A stretch of 64,000 nt of DNA, from the NCBI RefSeq assembly GCF_040938485.1, contig NW_027270937.1, positions 248,001-312,000 on the forward strand, read 5' to 3'. The notes beneath the pieces are model-generated. The model did no database searches and was not told where the DNA came from. It saw only the letters and a program-made list of their open reading frames with translations. Made by a program: the position numbers and the translations under genes. The stretch is from Diadema antillarum. Lineage: Eukaryota. Every line of letters starts with the position of its first letter. Position 1 is the first letter of the stretch. Positions 60,632 to 64,000 of the stretch are shown in pieces.

Positions 60632-61687
60632 ATGGATGAAGTCTCACTCAGCGGAGAGAATGTCACAAGCGTTAGCTTCGTCTACAGATCCGCAGTCATT
60701 CTAAGTACGTTTACACTCACTACGGCGGTAGTCGGAATCGTCGAGAACCTGGTGGTCTTTCTCGCGTTCGCAATGTCAAGGAAGCTTCAGACGGCGACGA
60801 ACATCTTCCTCATCAACCTCGGCATCTCCCAAACAGTAATCTGTTTCCTCTGGATATTCTGGGCTGCCATGTATTTGAAAGACAAGAAGTGGTTACGTTC
60901 CGATGCAACTTGCCAGGTGCTGTACGCACTTTCTCCCATTGCGACTTCCTGCATGTCGCTCACCATAATGGTGGTTGCTCTCAACCGATACGTGCTCATC
61001 ACCAAGACAAAAGAGACGTACTCCCGCGTCTTTTCGAGGAGGAATGTCGGATGTATCCTTGTCTTCTGCTGGTTTTTCCCCACTGTTACCATGGTTATTC
61101 CTCAAATATCTTACCATATCGTCGAATACGACTTGTCTATACAATCCTGCGATTCCGATCATCCCACGAAAAAAGCGCTGGGAATGTATAGGGCAATCTT
61201 TGTGACAATTACCTTTCTTGTAACCCTATGCAGCTACTGCAAGATCTTCAGACATGTTAGACAGAGCACCCGCTCACTTGAAAGCTCTTCTAGTAACAGC
61301 CAGGCGCGTCGACAGAGAAACATAGAGGTAAAAATCACCAAAACCATGCTCTGTTTGATAAGCTTCTATTACATCTTGTGTGTCGGTCCACGAATGGCGC
61401 TGGGTCTGACTTTCGCTGTCCTCTATAAGAATGATAAGAAGTCTGTAGACATCCGGGCACTGCTCATCGTCATCTTTGTCAGCGCAGAACTTTTCGTGCT
61501 CAATAGCTGTGTCAACCCTGTCATCTACGGCTGGAAACATCCACATTTCAGGCTCGTCCTCGGTTGCATCCTCCGCGGACGGCTGCGTGAAATCCCCCTT
61601 CCTTCCGGCTGGTTGTCGCGATTACTCCGCCGCGACCACGGAGCCACACAAGTGACGTACAGCCTGGACGCAGTAAATAGCAGATGA
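60632..61687 (+). CDS. GPCR-G: intronless class A 7TM receptor, 351 aa, second subfamily
   Basis: ATG (AAGATGG) at 60632 aligns with the ATG of F. NVT sequon, VEN (TM1), LGISQ (TM2), TCQ (C3.25), NRY, CWFFP, ECL2 Cys, LCVGP, NSCVNPVIYGWKHPHFR. Confidence 0.9.
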   Translation: MDEVSLSGENVTSVSFVYRSAVILSTFTLTTAVVGIVENLVVFLAFAMSRKLQTATNIFLINLGISQTVICFLWIFWAAMYLKDKKWLRSDATCQVLYALSPIATSCMSLTIMVVALNRYVLITKTKETYSRVFSRRNVGCILVFCWFFPTVTMVIPQISYHIVEYDLSIQSCDSDHPTKKALGMYRAIFVTITFLVTLCSYCKIFRHVRQSTRSLESSSSNSQARRQRNIEVKITKTMLCLISFYYILCVGPRMALGLTFAVLYKNDKKSVDIRALLIVIFVSAELFVLNSCVNPVIYGWKHPHFRLVLGCILRGRLREIPLPSGWLSRLLRRDHGATQVTYSLDAVNSR

Positions 61688-61738
61688 ATTTCGCTAGTAT
61701 TACAAAATCTCCTAAAACTTATTCTAACGTTACCCTGA

Positions 61739-63219
61739 GTAGTATATACATGTACCCGTTCGCACCTCGTGGAGCAGTGGAGTTGTGGAGCGGTGGAGCT
61801 CCACAGCTAATGAATATTAATGAGCTCATGAATAGTAATGATCATGAATATGTATGAATATGTATTTATGTAAATGTACATGCATTATGTATGAGTGTGA
61901 GATATAATAGTCTGTGAATGGGTGTGGCAATAGCAATAATGAATTGTGGAGCAGTGGAGCTCTATGACCTAGCATATCATATTAGTGAGCTTAATTTATG
62001 AATACGTATGATTATGCAATTATGTTAACATTGTATAAACTATGCGTACGCGGTGGAGCTATGGAGTTGTGGAGTTGTGGAGCGGGAGTGACTCTCTTGC
62101 AACATGGCTAGTGTGGAGTGTATGTTGTGGAGTCTATGATTTTTTGCACGTATACAGTTGATGCGAATATAATTATGCAAATGCGTATAACAGTAAGGTG
62201 CGAAGAAACGAACATTGTATACAGTTGATGCGAATATAATTATGCAAATGCGTATAACAGTAAGGTGCGAAGAAACGAACATTATCAACAATAAATTGTG
62301 GAGCTGTGGAGCTTCAAGATGACCTAACGTATGAATATTAATGAGCTTAACAATGAATATGTATGATTATGTATTTTTGAATAAACAAGAACAAGAACAA
62401 CAACAGAAGTCGCACACTAGTACATAGATTTAAACAAAATGGCGAAATGACAAAATGGCGAAATGACGAAACGGCGAAACGGCGAGTTGACGAATATGAG
62501 TACAATTATTCTTGCCTTTAGAGGACCACGATTGTCAACTCGCCGTTTCGCCGTTTCGTCATTTCGCCATTTTGTCATTTCGCCATTTTGTTTAAATCTA
62601 TGTACTAGTGTGCGACTTCTGTTGTTGTTCTTGTTCTTGTTTATTCAAAAATACATAATCATACATATTCATTGTTAAGCTCATTAATATTCATACGTTA
62701 GGTCATCTTGAAGCTCCACAGCTCCACAATTTATTGTTGATAATGTTCGTTTCTTCGCACCTTACTGTTATACGCATTTGCATAATTATATTCGCATCAA
62801 CTGTATACGTGCAAAAAATCATAGACTCCACAACATACACTCCACACTAGCCATGTTGCAAGAGAGTCACTCCCGCTCCACAACTCCACAACTCCATAGC
62901 TCCACCGCGTACGCATAGTTTATACAATGTTAACATAATTGCATAATCATACGTATTCATAAATTAAGCTCACTAATATGATATGCTAGGTCATAGAGCT
63001 CCACTGCTCCACAATTCATTATTGCTATTGCCACACCCATTCACAGACTATTATATCTCACACTCATACATAATGCATGTACATTTACATAAATACATAT
63101 TCATACATATTCATGATCATTACTATTCATGAGCTCATTAATATTCATTAGCTGTGGAGCTCCACCGCTCCACAACTCCACTGCTCCACGAGGTGCGAAC
63201 GGGTACATGTATATACTAC
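61739..63219. mobile_element. 1481-bp foldback element: near-perfect palindrome with 42-nt loop and 8-bp TSD
   Basis: TACCCTGA on both sides (61731-61738, 63220-63227). Left arm 61739-62491 (753 nt) and right arm 62534-63219 (686 nt) differ in length by exactly one 67-nt tandem duplication (62150-62283). Confidence 0.9.
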
Positions 63220-64000
63220 TACCCTGATAGAGGAACTTTCTGCATGCAAAGTGCAGCACAAATGCAGAAAGAAAAAGTCGTGGTCGCGAGATTGTACATA
63301 GTAAATGATACCAGCATTCCGAAGGGTAGAATGATCAGATAACCCACTTGACCAATGTACAGACCAATTATGTACATACGTACATGTACTTTATTTTTAG
63401 TATTAAGTATTTAGTTTGAGAAAAAGGGGAGCAAGATATTCGTATAGCCCACCTTTTGCTATTATGAAATGTGCAACTTGTCAGCTTAGTTTGTTATGAT
63501 TTTAATACTCTACGAGTTATTTAGCCAATAGCCTACGTATGCATATAAGAAGCTGGAGGGAGTTAATGGAAGTTTCGTGCACAATGCAAAGACTGTAGAA
63601 TGCAAATAAAATGTGCAGTGAGGAAATACATCACATGAGTGCCGAAGCACGCACACACACACACACACACACACATACATACACAAATAATGACGTCATT
63701 ATCTGAACAGGCAGCCGACATGTATTTAGCAGTACTATTATATCGCGTGAAGGGAAGTCAACGTGAATGACTGTACTTAACAAACCAGGTCTTGACTGAA
63801 AATAATGAAGGCATGATGAATCATACATATCAATTTTTCAATTTCAATTTCGATTTCAATTCAATTATGTATTTATTTCCATGTAGAAAATACTGAATGA
63901 TATAAAATAGTACGTGTGTCTAGTCGACTTTCACCCAGTTGGGAAGGACAGATCATTGAATACAATACAAAATGCATGTATATGCATGAATGGTATTACA

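Noticed and set aside
23625-63680. Microsatellites (AG)n 23625, (AT)n 29590/41980/51365/60500, (TG)n 29920, (ATG)n 38245, (ATTTGT)n 38755, (TTTA)n 47470, (AC)n 63650
   Set aside because: Real but ordinary simple repeats; the poly-His, poly-Met and poly-Ile ORFs they create are not genes.

Overview
AT-rich animal genomic DNA with three assembly gaps. An invertebrate deuterostome, probably an echinoderm, is inferred from the repeat families and receptor type; this is not proven. The window holds a head-to-tail tandem cluster of seven single-coding-exon class A (rhodopsin-like, moody/melatonin-receptor-like NRC/NRY type) GPCR loci, all on the + strand, labelled A-G here. A (2537), C (6586), D (17835), E (43608) and G (60632) have complete 7TM ORFs. 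B (4956) is an internally deleted relic and F (55281) is truncated after TM4. The paralogues show birth-and-death evolution, mosaic sequence sharing and receptor-specific loss of canonical motifs (C3.25 and P6.50 in A, D2.50 in F/G, C-tail in C). Candidate 5'-UTR introns precede the ATGs. The intergenic DNA is dense with TE relics. These include a 4.5-kb Academ-like element with ~740-bp TIRs next to gene E, a 1.48-kb near-perfect foldback palindrome 51 nt after the stop of gene G, and CAGGGG-ended elements with 5-bp TSDs (one carries a 165-bp satellite). There are also TTAA Kolobok-type, CACTA-type, Harbinger-type and MULE-type MITEs, tRNA-SINEs and decayed CR1/L2 and L1/Tx1 LINE fragments. 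No rRNA, genuine tRNA or CRISPR was found.
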